The notes under the pieces: generated by a model
Seen by the model: the letters and a program-made list of their open reading frames with translations, nothing else
The model's database searches: none
What the model was told of the DNA's origin: nothing
Source: Tubiluchus corallicola
Taxonomy: Eukaryota > Animalia > Priapulida
DNA length: 64,000 bases
Assembly: GCA_030141605.1 (NCBI GenBank)
Contig: JAQGDQ010000046.1
Coordinates: forward strand, 806,001 to 870,000
Direction: 5' to 3'
Shown: in pieces, positions 19,471-34,400 of the stretch
Position numbering within the stretch: position 1 is the first letter of the stretch
How the letters are laid out: each line of letters starts with the position of its first letter
Translations under genes and position numbers: made by a program

Positions 19471-22400
19471 CTATGACGGACATACAGTGAGCTTATAGCA
19501 GATTCTGCAGACTGGAACAGCCCTGCTAGAATTATGTCCTGGTAGATGCACTTGCTTATCCATGCATCGTGTACAGTAAATCTTCCCACATCTCCAGCAA
19601 TGGTACTAAAATGTATAAGATAACATATAATGGTGAATTATAACATATACCCATATGCGCTATAAGTTCATGTGGTTATTCTCATTTAATAATAAAAACT
19701 CATAAAGAACTACTCGATTCTGACTAATAATTTCTCAAAACCATGGTTGAACAAGTAAAGGAAAAAACAATTTCATTTTCTTGCATGTACTACGTAATTA
19801 CAGCTTTTATGCCAGTCTTTTACAATACCCGGTGAATTTTGTGTTAGCTAACTGAAACGAAATTAAGTACATCAAACAAATGAAAAGGTTAATACAGCAA
19901 CTTACTTTTCTATTAAAATGTTCAAACTGTGCAGAACATGGACAATGTCGAACGTGTCGTAAACTTTTCCAGTCAATTGCTACTGACTCAACTTCTCTTG
20001 TAAGCCGTGCTGGTGTCAAGCTGTCAACACTAGATGCTACTGTACATTGTGAAGTCTGCAATGAACTTGAATCAATGCCGGATTCGTAATCGCTATGTAG
20101 CACCTCATCATTACAGGAGTTAGCATCACTCAGTTCCACACCATTACCCATGGTCATTGCAGTATCAACAAGAAAAGTTGGAGTTGTAACAATATCATCA
20201 GTAATAGTGAGATCATCAGATAGTGTAGATACAGATGATACAACACTGTCAAACATGCTTGAATTGGAGTTCTTTTGTTTGACCACACCTTTCCCTAACA
20301 TGGACTTCAACGCTGCTACCCTCTGTAGGTTGATATTAAATAAAAAGAACCAATCAATAAAAGAACAATCTATACAAATTCATGAATACGGTGAAAATAT
20401 TTTTTAAAAAAAATAAACAGAACCTGAACAGTTTACCTTAGTGACTAATTTCAAGTGATCCTCTAGCGAACTAGACTGATCCTTCATGACACAAAGTCTA
20501 TCGACAACTGTTTCTCGAGGGTGAACCCAGCTCTCGAATCTCATGTACATCCCACGCCAAAATCTAAAAATAAAATTTAAAATTCGAATACATTGCCTGG
20601 ACAGCTTTGTAACAGTTGCCTACATCTAGTAGTTAAGTATGTCCATAAAGGCTTGTTTAGTCAAAATACCAACCTGACTGTTTTGATACAATTTAACGAC
20701 ACCTTTTATTTATAATGCATTTTACTGTACTTAGGTATACCTTTCTATGGTAAGTACCCCAATAAAAATCGATCAGTACACAATGCTGCTAAAAAGCTTG
20801 CTTTAATATAATTACAATATTTCGAAATATATCAAATTTTTATTACAATATAAACACTGCTTGAATAATACATTGTAAAAACAATAAACAATGGTGTTAC
20901 CGTATGAACTGTGAAGCTGTGTTTGGTTTAAGAATACCCATTTGACTGTCATCTCTTCGATAACGTGGATTAATAAAATCACCGATATGGTGCAGAACGT
21001 GACCCCACAAAGAATATGTCCTCTCTGATAACCTGGTAAAGAAATTTAAGAATACTGAATAAATCATTGCAACTTCCAAATTTTCCAATCCATTGCCAAA
21101 TAATTAGAAAAATGGAGTTAAATGAACATGCAAATAGGTTCAACAGTCGTAAATTAAAATTTAATCACAAACAAAGTGTGGTCATTATTTGCACACCGTC
21201 AATAACACATGAAACAATGTTAACAAACTGAAAAGTGAACAACAGATTAAAATGCGAAATAGAGACAAATCCCACTTTCATTTTATTACAATATGTGAAT
21301 TTTTCCACAAAATTTTCAACAAAATCATTTTTGTGTTGTTCACAACTCCAACATCGGCCAACAAGAATTCCAAATGTTTTATTTATTTATTTAAAATTCA
21401 AGGGCAAATCCAGGATTTTTGAAAGGCAGGGATCCAAATGTGACCAAACAGAAAGACGGAGCCCATTGAAGTTGGGGCATTCAGCTAGGGGGTCAAGGGA
21501 AAATGCATTTTTCTGCATTTTAGCCCATTTTTGAGCCTTCTGAAACATTAGAAATGATAACTAAAATTGTTTGCACATTTGTATCCGAGTTTGTAGTTAC
21601 AATAACAGTAACTGTTACTACCTTGTGTAACAAATGAAAATAAATGACATAAAAATTCTTATACAGCAATGCCTTTTTTATTGCCTTATTATCGTCTTCT
21701 TGTTGTCTCTACACTATCACTGTCATTAACTTTCTTGTCACATGTCATTCAGGTTAATATTATTAGTCCACGAGCTCCATGTTTTAAATGAACATATTAT
21801 TTTTGCACAGTGTTATATTCTTGTTATTTTATCTATGATTTCAAGTAAGATTTCTGCAATGAAGACTAAAATTTCTGTCTAAGAGCACTAAACAATAATT
21901 GCTCTAATTATTGGTATTAATAATTTGGTACGTTGGTCAATGTTCAAGGCACCAATTTGTTAATAACCTTTACTGCAAACAGAGCTAGGCCTATAGCATA
22001 TACACACATGGAATATATTTACGTAATTATATACAGCTAAAACATGATTGTTAAATTGCTAACAGTCAGTCAAGTCTTTTTACAGTGCAACAATTTACAC
22101 AATACATCAAACCTCTAAGACTGGATAGATCAGGGATTCTGCGCAAAGTTAATAAACACCTCACTTTTGGAGAAAATAGGCCCACCCATAAGTCACTAAT
22201 CTCATACATAATGAGAGGATTTTTTAAATTTAGTATCTATCCGTCACTTCATCTGCAATAATGGAAAACACAACTACTTCCTGTGATAATGGTACAGTCA
22301 CCTGTTTCCTAGTGTGATCACCAATAATGGCAATTATCTCATTCTGCAGTTTTTTGAAGTGCCAGTTGCAGTTTTCATGGCTTCCTGGAGATGTTTGTTA

Positions 22401-25400
22401 AGGACAGTGTCATATTCTGCACTCAAATCTAGAATAGCCGGAAAATTGTTTGATTTGGTGCTACTGGAATCATCATGATGACCCCTCAGAGGTAAGTTTT
22501 GCTTCCAACACAAAATGACTTAATGCACAATGCATTTAAGGACATGAACGTTCTTGTCATATTGCTCCAGTTTGTATTTTGATATCATGGAGCAGAGCAT
22601 TTCTGTGGCTTTGACAAGAGATCTAACATCCTCACCCTCACCTCTGCCTGATCGTGGTACAAGAGTCGAGCATGAGTCGCAAGTTAACTACCCCTTCCTG
22701 TGGCTTTCGACAAGTTTTGAAATTGTAGGGAAGCAAAAACAGCATTGCTAATGTCGAGCTTTGGGTCTCCTTGAGCACTTTTGCTGTGCACCAGATTTTT
22801 ATATTTTGTAATCCAGACATTCGAAAGGTTAGTGTCTTTTCCTCTGTTTGTCTCCTTTGCCTTTGGTCACAGTTGTGCCATCAACTTACATTGATGAATC
22901 TGAGACAAAATGATTTGCGAGCAGATTAATTTTATCATCTCAGAAAAGATTCTTCAACTTTTCTAGTGACAGTTATTACCCCTGACATCGGGTGGTAACA
23001 GAATGCTGTCAGTCTGATGAAAATCTTCTGCCTTTAGTCACATTTTGGTTTTACTGAGGACTTCATATGGAACAGAGCCTATACTCCATATGAAGTCCTA
23101 AATCACACCAAAATAAACGACTAAACAATAAACTCCATAAAACAGGAAACATTCAAACCACAGAACTAACAAAGAATGTCAGATAATGAATCTTGAAACT
23201 TGAAATATTGTCAGTAATCCTCTTCAGTTGTTCAAGTGGAAAAGTAATAATAGTACTGTCATGGTGTCAGTTGCATCAGCAACTGTATGTGAAGTCAACA
23301 GATGATAAAAGAGATAATGCAGGATGGAGCAGAAATTCTGAAAAGTTTAGTAATTCTTCAACTCTTATTGGCATGTTGTATTTTGCGCAGAGTATAAAAG
23401 CCATTGTGGCTACAACTCCCACTTAATGGCTACAATCAAAATTATTGATTATAAGACAGACTTGTTTTCTGTTGGTGTGTAGTGTGTGAGCGTACAGGCA
23501 TAACTTGCGCGATCGCACATACTATATTATTGATCCCAGACTAGCTACAGTACGCAAGAAGACAAAAAATCTGACCTGCTAGACAAAAAGTAGTACACAA
23601 GTTTTAAACATTTTCTTGAATGCCAAAATTAGAATGCATGCTTATAATATTTTTCAGGTAATACAAAAAATCCAGATGTTTTTAAGTGAACACATTATTT
23701 CCGTATATTGTTGTTATTTTATCTACATATATAAATATAGGGTTCTGCAAAAAATACAGAATTCTGCAATGAAGACTAAAATTTCTGTCAAGGCACTGAA
23801 TAATAATTATTCTAATTACTAGTATTAATAATTCATTAGTTTGGTCAACGTTCAAATTACCAATTTCTTAGTAACTTAACAAACAATGCAAGACCAGAAA
23901 GTGCCCCTAAACGTATTTAAGTTATTATATATGGCTAAAGCAAGATTGATTAAAATTACAAACAGTCAGTCACCGGCTGTAATAAAACAATTACCACAGT
24001 GCAACAAACATTCAGCTAGATCGAGAATGTTAATTATAGTAGGAAATAAACACACTGACGGTAGCTAGTTGAAACAATAGCCGTATTATATTTAATCTAT
24101 CCACCAATTGTTTAGTTAGCTGGTATACTTTTATAATACATGTATAACCAGAAAATCTTTAGTTTAGCAACATAGCTGCTTAATAGGTGATTCTGAGAAT
24201 AAATAAATATGTTTATAAAAAAGGAACAAAAGGAAGAGGAAGGAGTATAATAAAATCACTGACCAGAGACCAGAGACCAGTGTTCACTTTTTTCTTACCG
24301 GAGGTCTAACCTGTCTTTTTCACAGTTCCCGATGAAAGTCCCAAATTGGCATGAAAACACATGATCATGGATTGTTAGCAGAAACCGTTCATTGTACTGG
24401 AAAGCTGAAGGGAACTGTTGCATCACCTGTAAAGATGTACAGCAAACATTAGGAGAAAAATAAAAAAGTTTTATTAAAATTGTAACTTAAAAATGACATA
24501 GGTTTGATTTCTGTTTGGGCTAACCCATATTTAAAAAAGGAACTATGTTCTAATTTTAAATGACTTTATATATTCTCATCAGTAAATGGTCATCAAAAAT
24601 GTTTGTTCAACCTTTGCAACCTAATTACATAAAAAGCGATCGTACTTAGCTTTACGTACGCCACTCCTGATAGCTTCTCTTGTGCTAACAACTGGTCTAG
24701 TACTTTAGAAAACCAATACATAAGGATGCCTTAGCAAATGACGCTATATCATTTTTTCTTACTGTTAATAGTTTATGCATTTTCTAGGGTAAACCTCCTA
24801 TCTGAATTGTCATTCCCTGTGTCATCCTGTTAGTGTGTCATCATGTTGCTCGCAGTCAGTCACATCCACCAGCATATTTTATTTCTGTTTAAGAATAAAG
24901 TCCGAAGAAGCCACTTTACTGTCTGCGAAAAACTAAAAGCAGGTAGCGACACGCTGCTATGGCAGTGAAAATTCAGTCTACACTTGTTTCTTATTTTTAC
25001 TATACTGCTCAAGTATTTCTTCTTAATTTCACATTGAAGTACCTGCTTTACTGTTCAAGTCCTTGCTTTAATTATGTTTATATTTACAAGAAGGAAAGAC
25101 CTAGCACTTTTGAATACCTCACTTGCACAATAAAGGTACAAAACGTATGACTATAATAATACAATGAGCAGAATTACATAAGCGATATTTAGTGCTAACA
25201 GCTCTTATTGAGAATGTTATGATCAGGTACTCTTGCATACCTGCCATGTTGCATCTATGAATTGAGTAAATATAGGCGATACTTCTTTTAAGTCGACTTG
25301 CAAAAAACCACAACGATCAGTGAATTTGTGACCAAATGCCAGCCATTCTTTCTCTAACAACACCTGCAAAACATTAAAATACTTCAAATATACACTTATT

Positions 25401-28400
25401 CACACTCAAATGACTAGTCACATCGTGATAAGCAGTTTACTTTCTAAACACCTGTTACACACTTGATTTTAGAAATCTATGTGCTTATGTCTAAGAGGCA
25501 AATCGGACTTTTAAGCAAGTTTATCTCTATGGTCTTTATAGACAACCATGCAAGTGGGCAACAGAGACAGAGCGAGAGAGAGAGAGAGGAGGAGGAAGGA
25601 GAGACAGAAAGAGAAAAGAGAAAGAGAGAATTGAGCAAAGGTTAGCAGTGATTCAAAGTAAACTGAGTTTGCAGTTTTTGCTATTATTTCATAAATTAAA
25701 ACCATTTTGTAAAATGCCTGTAAAATGAAGCAAATGCACTAGCTGTATCGAATAAACCGCCCACCGCAAATCACGAATAAGAACATAAGAATAAAGCACT
25801 TGCTATAATGCACATCAGCATAGTGATAATGCTGCCACAAACTAATGACTATAGTCACACAGTCTGATAATTTATCAGCACTTCAACAAACTAATGTTAT
25901 GGTCCTAATATGCTACACTACCACAACACTTAAACTTGCTTACCATGAATCCCTGTATAGTTCTATAGAAAGGATCTAACAGTATTGATGCCAGAGATAT
26001 AGTTTGTGCCGTCCTGTCCCAGCCATCTGAACAGTGTACCATGATGCTTGTATGTTCATCATGTATAGCCTATCACAGTCAAAAGTGCTACTAGTGACAA
26101 GTGACCAAATAATTTTAAACTTTAATAACACTCAATGCTGAATAACCCTAAAAAATGTTATTTACCTTTCCAAAAAAAGATATTGGTTAATGCACATGAC
26201 TGTTGCCAAGACACATTTGTTAGTTCTTTGCTTACCTAGAATATTTCTAAATGGTGGACTGTATAATAATAAAAAAACACAGACAAACCTGGAAAATCCT
26301 ACCTATGCTATACTTGTTGTCTATATGCATAAGAATATAATGACAAAATAAATATGCATAATTTCCGGTAAATTGCTTACTGTTGTTATGAATACTGAAG
26401 TATCAATGATTGACTTTATGTGTTTCAACCAACCACTTCCTTGCAAAGCATTAATAAAAGCTCCAGCAGAAGGGTCTGGCATCTCGCAGGCTGGAAAACA
26501 TTGAGATTCATTTGGATCAAGTATAGTGAACTGACTTAATTTAAAATTTAATTAAATTATGCTATATAAGCCAGTTAATTACAGAAATAATATATTTAGC
26601 TTTGTTTAAAATATTCATTAACAACCAGGTCAGTTGTTCATGAGTTTCAGCTTTTCGTTCTAGTACAGTTCAAGCTTAAAGCACACATGATTTCGTAAAT
26701 TTCCCCTTCAAAAGAAAATCATTATTTTAATAAAAACTGGCAGAAGGACTGACTGTCGTAATCAGATCTTAAAAATTCTATTAAACTATACTTTTACAAG
26801 ATGAACAAGCAAGCCTTCGGGTAAAAATAAATTATTTCAAATAAATAATTTAAAGATAAAAAGTATTTGTAGTAGTCACCTTCTATCAATTTGTGAAGAC
26901 TAGACCTCATTACATGTATGTTATCAATTCCAAGAAATATGAATTTTATGTAGGAATAAAAACTGACATTCTCATAGCCTTTACCAGCTGCACGATTTAC
27001 CAAAGCATTTATCTGAAACAAGGCACAAAACAGGTATAAATTACACTCCTAGTACAATAAGCATCAGTACATAAAATATATTATATAAAACAATCGTGTA
27101 ATAAATGGAAGCTCCTACCAAGTAGATAACTAAATCAATTTAAAACTGAAAAGCAAACGATTTTTATACATATAAACATAAAAACTTCATATTCCTGACT
27201 ATTTTGACACATTACCGTTTAAGTACTTTTGCATGATCCAGCCCATTATTTCCTTGCAAAACTCTGCAATAAAGACCACTCTGGTTTGCAAACATAGTTC
27301 GAAGCAATAACATGACCCTATGAATTCTATGGCTTACATTATAGGTAGTTTGCCACAATACTTTGTCAAATCGCAAAAACCCCAGAGAAAATAAGTGTAG
27401 GGAGAAATTGTTTTGAACCTGTCACAAACTAACTTTTATTTACTCAGACATGCAAGTAGCTTAAAAAATAATGACATATTTCTTTATTATAAAGCAATAA
27501 ATAAATGGAGGTAAGGTATACAAGCCTAAATATACTGGCTTTCTAATTTCCTTGGATGTCTATTGTATGTTGCCAACTTACCTTTGGTCGAGTATCAACA
27601 ACGTAAAGGAACTTGGAGTTCGGATTTGCCTGTAATATGCATTTCAGCATCACTTCATCTTCTAAGCAGCGTGCACTGAATCCTGCTAACGGCTGACTAC
27701 AGCGTGTTATAGTTGCCTGGTTAAAAACACTGTATTATATATAATTCATACTATAAGAAAGTACAGGGGTTGCAGTTGTGCAGGACGGTTTTGCAGGACA
27801 TTTTGACAATAAATCTTCATTACTTATAATTATTTAAATGAACATTAACTATAAATTGAACATCAACTATAAACAATTATTTGCTTTGATACATATATAA
27901 TATATGTATATTTATACCTGATTGGACTTGTGATAATATGAAAGCACAGGTAAGCGATTGCGACTTCGAAACCGAGCGCTGCCAACAATCGTTGGGGTGC
28001 TGGCACCACAGGGTACAAATAAACATTGTGGATACGTATCACAAAGCTAGAAAAAAATGAGCACACAATAATTTTCTTTGCGCACATCATGCATTTGTCA
28101 ACAGCAATAAAAATCTTCAAGCTAAATATGATAAACTTACAGTATTGTTTTATCCTTATTAAATCACTGGCCACTTCAGCTAATCTAGCCATTAGGTCTG
28201 ATTTGGAACCATGTTGTATTGTTGAGTAAAGTAGCTTATAACTCGTTTTGCCTTACTCCAAACCAATATTCCACAGTGAAAGATATTGCTACGTGTCCAC
28301 ACTTCTTAATTAAGTAGTTGAACAATTAAGTGAGGTGGAAAACGCAAAAGTTTCATACAGAAATAGCCACGAAAAGAAAGCTGTTACACAAATCTATTCT

Positions 28401-31400
28401 GTGGCAAGCAAACTTAAACATGATTTTCATCCAAGCAGCTTAGATCTGTAGGCTGCTGCTATTGCAGGCAAATAACAAAGAAGCTATAAATCTTGCAAGA
28501 GGCAAATCTCACGGCTGGTGATTTTTCATAAAATTGTGACAAAATTGTGTGAAAAATGGTTTTTGCAACAAAACTAAATTAGCAAAGACTGAATAAAGAT
28601 AATTAAACGAACACAATTTCGTGGTTCTGTGCAAATACTAATGTCCTGAAAATACATGTATTCATGAGTGTGAAATCTTCTTTATAATTTTCACCATTAA
28701 CCTTTAGAAATGCATAATTTCAGCAGTGGCAGGCTGTGAAGAAAAGACACAATATTACGTAACTATTTTGCAAAAAACTGATTGCAAGGGTATTTACGCC
28801 ATTTTTTCTCAAAAATAACAACGTCTGATTTGTCAGCATTGTTTAAAATGTCTTTTTTGTAATTTCAGAGTTATGTGACACACAGAAATACATGGCTGTG
28901 GCCCACCTGGAGATTTACATTCAGTATTGTAAAATACACCATTCCAGCAATTTTCAGATTTGTGCAGTTAATTAGGGCATGCCCTACTTCTGGATCTAAA
29001 AAGATCCCTAAATGTGTTGCTTGCACAATTGGGTCTACCCGCACAAAAAAACTAGTGTCAGATTTGCATTCAACTCCTTAAAATACTATTTTCTGTGATT
29101 TTAAGGTATATTCAATACTGGGACATTTTCCTGATCTAGATCCCAAAATGTTGTTAAAGGGCTCGGAAAAAAACGGCATCCAATTTTTTGGGCTGAAGAA
29201 GTCATAATCCTTAACTTTCAACAAAAAAATTTATTTCATCAAAAAAATCCTAAGAAAGCCAAAAATTGGACATGAGGTTACAGCAAACAGCAAAATGAAA
29301 AAAGCATACAAAATAATACATGAATGCAGTTAAAACAAACCACAGATTTCAGTTTTGCCTTTGCAGAGCATGAACATTAGACTGGTGATTAGGAAACTGT
29401 AATACGGAGGAAATGTTATAACAGTCGTTCTCTGTAAATATGGTCAGATTATCAGTCATCAATAATAAAAACATCTATTAACTAGTATTAGAAGAATAAA
29501 CATGTAAATTAACCAATGTAAATTATATAAACTAAAAGTATCACATTTGCAGAAAAAGAAATTGTACTAGAAAGAAGCCTTTTGTTATACTCCACTAGTA
29601 TATACAAAATTTTTATCAAATACAAACTGCACATTATGATTTTATTTATATAGTTCATTGCAATTCAGGCCTTTTCTTTTCCATCCCTTCAGTGAATTCA
29701 GGGAAAAAAATTTACAACAAAAATAAACGAATTAATGACTGTAGATATAAATTACACTAGTGCCATACATTACTTCCATATTATTATTAATTAACAACTT
29801 ACATTGAGTGCCTGCGACTTCAGTAATTCAATAACGTTTTCAATATGGTCTAACATTCTAAGTTGTACATGATTATAATGGTTTTAACAGCAGAGAGTTT
29901 TCACAGCCACGACAAAATTATTTTATTTCAGAATACATCTATGATGTTCATGTGTGAAGTGTGAAGAAGGCGTGTCTTTCATGCACGCCCTTGCAGTCTA
30001 CTGTTGTAACTCTGAACTAGTTGAATGAGCACTATCTCAGTTATAAGAAAGGGAAATCCCTGCCACCCTCGAGGAAGCTGAGTGTGACTGACTGGGAGTG
30101 AAGCTGATTATCCGTTCGTTGGAGTTGAAATTGTTACTTTGTTACTTTTTTGGGGGAGTCCATGAACACATTGTGTGGGGGCGAAAGAAAAAAATTTTCT
30201 TCTTCATTCATTCTGTAGTGTATGTAACGTAAGAAAATTTGTGTTGCTGTAAAATCGAATATTCATTTCACTTCATTGAGACACATAATGTTCTTATTCC
30301 AAGTCCAGAAAAGTTCTTAACCAAAAAGTAAGAAAATAAAAAATCTTGCGGCTGGACCAACTTAGCAAAGTCGCAGTTTGAAAATAAGGCCCTATGAATA
30401 TTAACCTCAAATCTGACTTGAAGATTCATTCTAAGCAGTCAGTCTTACTGGCAAGCTTCTCGAAGTTGAAGGAATGATTGGTGTTATGACCCTGCTTATT
30501 TTGGACTCAGATGTCCTCAAATTGCAGAAAAGCAAAAAATTTTCAAAATTTTGTTAGGTAAGAACCAGCTCTACAGTTCCCGCCTTTGGCGTTCGAGGTG
30601 GGTGCCTCCGCTCGGCAGTAGTATACCAAACATTCCATTTTTTGACATTCTGGTGCCCCTTTTCTAAAAATCCTGGATCCACCCCTGACAAACTGCATAT
30701 AGAAAATGATTATGCACAGGTTGTATTTGACTGAAACACTATTAGTTATTGGCAATTATATATGACATATAGTACTGCAAGTAAATACATATTGTCAGTT
30801 ATTACCTGTAAGCAGGTGACTACACTTGCAAAACTTTGCTTATTTTACATACATCAATAACAGCAGAGGAAAAGTAAGAATGGTGCAAAAAAATGACTAG
30901 TGCTAACAGAGAATGGAGCTGACTCGCATATTTATGTCAAGATTTTTAAGTACAATGCAGTGGCTTTCCTGAGAGTACAATGCAGACTTGATAGAGGCAT
31001 ATGAAACTGATGACAAATGCACTAAAAGTAAGAATGGTGCAAAAAGATGACTAGTGCTAACAGAGAATGGAGCTGACTCACATATTTATGTCGAGATTTT
31101 TAAGTACAATGCAGTGGCTTTCCTGAGAGTACAATGCAGACTTGATGGAGGCATATGAAACTGATGACAAATGCACTAAAAGTAAGAATGGTGCAAAAAG
31201 ATGACTAGTGCTAACAGAGAATGGAGCTGACTCACATATTTATGTCGAGATTTTTAAGTACAATGCAGTGGCTTTCCTGAGAGTACAATGCAGACTTGAT
31301 GGAGGCATATGAAACTGATGACAAATGCACTAAAAGTAAGAATGGTGCAAAAAGATGACTAGTGCTAACAGAGAATGGAGCTGACTCACATATTTATGTC

Positions 31401-34400
31401 AAGATTTTTAAGTACAATGCAGTGGCTTTCCTGAGAGTACAATGCAGACTTGATGGAGACATATGAAACTGGTGACAAATGCACTAGGTTGGTGGTTTTT
31501 GTTAAATTGCACGTTTTAGAATGAAAATACACACATGTAGTGTTTTTTATTTTTATCTTTGCAAATAAACAACTATCAGGCTTTATCCCTACAACTCAAA
31601 TCCCCTAGCAATTTTGAAAATACTTAGGAAAGTATTCCACTTTTAAGATAATTATTTAATACAGCATAATTAATAGCAAAATAATTAAGGACGAGTAGCA
31701 TGAGTAATTAAGAATAATATAATTAGGTAATTGTACTGCAAAGTAAAATTATTAATTAAAATCTAAACACAGCAAAGTTACGAGCTATGCAAGAAGTGAA
31801 TAAAATTTTAACTTTTCTCGCAACCCAATAAGCCCAAATAAATAACATACCTCATAGTTTTTATTTATATTTGTCATACACCAGTATTGATTGGGAACAC
31901 CCATTCGACTGTATTCCAATTCTGCATCATATATTTGCCATCCTGCTCGTTGATACAGAGCCTCAACTGAAGGGGTGTAATGGAAAGCATAGAGATCTTC
32001 AAAGTTGAGTGGCTGAGAAAGTTTCGTGAGGGATTCATAAACATCCTAGGAAGAGAATATGTTGATCAATTATTTAATAAATTGTACATTAACTGATATC
32101 TATAAAGAAGTTATAATGCCAGTAGTGTGGTGCAAAAGTATTTATGTACACATTCAGATCTGATGATTTGCTGAAAAAATCTGAAACCGGAAAAATTAGA
32201 GTTATATAAAAATTGATTTATTCTAAAAACTAAACTATGTGTCTGGAACCTGTCTTCTATACTTTTGGAATGAATGAGAATTGAATTCTCAGAAACATGA
32301 TTGGTAATTTATTAAGTGTTATCACTTGATATTAATTGCTTCAGTTGGTTGATCTAATGTTTGCAGATTGTAACCAGTTATAGTTTGGAAATGTCAAGGA
32401 TATAAAAAATTAAGCAAATGCAATAGTGCAGTATGAACATGTATTGCTAAAGAATTGCACGGTATTATTGCTGATTATTGATAAACCATAGTGTGCCATT
32501 ATTCACTAAACTGGAAATAGTTAAGTTCATGTAATAGATCTGTGTTGTAATGTTAAAAGGCCTAATTTCCTCAATGTTTCTAATAAAGAATTGAAAATAC
32601 TTGGATCACCATTTCGATGACACTCACATTCTAACTGTGCTGGGGCAAGCTTTGGAGTACCTGGCAGTTTTGCTCGTGCTTTTGAGTTTTAAGTAATTTA
32701 TAATGAGAGTGGAGCATTATTCAAGTTACTATTTTGTAAAATACACATCTAACAGCTACCTGACAATCTCTTTCTCGTGGAATGATAACTGTTAAACACT
32801 GGAATGTCTTGCATCGTATTCGGAGAGGAGAACCAAATGTGTTCAATGGTAACCGTTCCAAAGAACCAATGTGCATATGCAACACCTAAGATAAAAAAAG
32901 TCACTTATCACTTAAATGACCTATGCATAAAACAGATAAAACATGTTTTGCTAAAGGTGATGTAGCTGAAGTAACATTCATTAAGCTTGATTGTAAGTAG
33001 TTGTAATTACACAAAGTAATGTCTAACTCAGTTGTTTCATAATTTATTGTAATTATTTATTAGAAATACCTTTACCGTGTTTTCGCATTCCAAATCCAAA
33101 CTCCCATCTATTTTGTTATTATTATTTGTTTGGAATATTTCGTTTTAAAATTAATCAATTTAAATACAACAGGCAAGTCAAAATCATTGACATGTTTGTT
33201 GAGCATCACTCTAAGTTCAGAATATCTGACTTCTTTTAATATAGTTGGCTTCTAATAAGACAGGCTTAGACATCACTTAAGCTAATATCATTATGCAAAC
33301 TTAACTAGTTTGAAAATAGTTTATCATCTGATTTTCAAACTTAAGCAGCAATAACCAAAGCCAAACAATTTCTATTTCTGTATGTTGTTTCCATTGCCCC
33401 AAATCACAGATGAACCTCATCTTGCTATAAATCTACTGTAACGATTCCCCGCAGACATAAAAAATTCACGAGTATCAAGTTCTGATGGTTCGTCAATATC
33501 GGCAGTAGTTCATATAATTAAATAGTCTTCCAAACACTAAAATGGCATGATCCCTCAGGGTTTGCTTTTGCCATGCATTTTATTTGAAATGGAGGGTCGT
33601 CCAGAAACATTACCTACAAATTCTTTAATAAAACAAAAATTATAACTGAAAAAGGCATAAAAATTTTACACGCGTTGTGGTAAGGCCTCCAAAATGCTAA
33701 AATCAAGAGTATTTAAGTTAGGCCTGTTTTCTAATAAAAGTATTCTGAATAAAAATATTCATTCAACCAATCTATCTATCTAAGTTATGTTCATAAAGTA
33801 AAATAAAAAACTGAGGTTCTTTTTATTTAAAAAAAGTATATCAATTTTCTGAAAATTTCATCTTTTTTGTTATGGAAATACAATTTTAAATTACAATATA
33901 AAAAATTCGGCAAAAATGAAATACAAAATTCACAACTAAATTTTTTCTATATACACATACATATACATATACATAAAATATTGTTAAATGTAGTTATTCT
34001 TTTAATTTTTTATGCCTTTTTTACTTGTACTTGTTATTGGTTGGTTTATTAAAGAATTTGCTGGTAATGTTTTTTCTGGATGCCCCTGTATAAAGAAGGA
34101 GAATACTATAAGGGATTAAGGCTAATTGTTCAACAATGGCATACAAGTAAAAATCACATTTAATTCATCCATAAATCAATTTGGAGAGATGCAACGTATT
34201 GGTTCTACTGATGTAAAGTATGCAAAAATCGTTCTAGTCAGGGCAGGCTCTACCATTAAGGCAAACTAGGCAGTTACCTAGGGCGCCAGATTTTGGGAGG
34301 TGCTAAATTGCGGAAGTAATTCTTTAATTTTTAAGTTTAGTTTAAGAAATAGCAAAGTATAAGTGTAATTCTTTAAGTGCAAAGCATTAATTTAATGAAA

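Noticed and set aside
28141-28192. Alternative MTMR first exon [17 protein letters not shown] with a GTAAGT donor
   Set aside because: The donor is phase 1 but exon 28046 is phase 0, so splicing gives an immediate TGA; at most a non-coding exon.
30871-31486. CRISPR array or hammerhead-ribozyme (retrozyme) satellite
   Set aside because: There are no unique spacers and no cas genes. The unit has CTGATGA followed by a hairpin, but no correctly placed GAAA or stems I/III. An Infernal hammerhead search would settle it.
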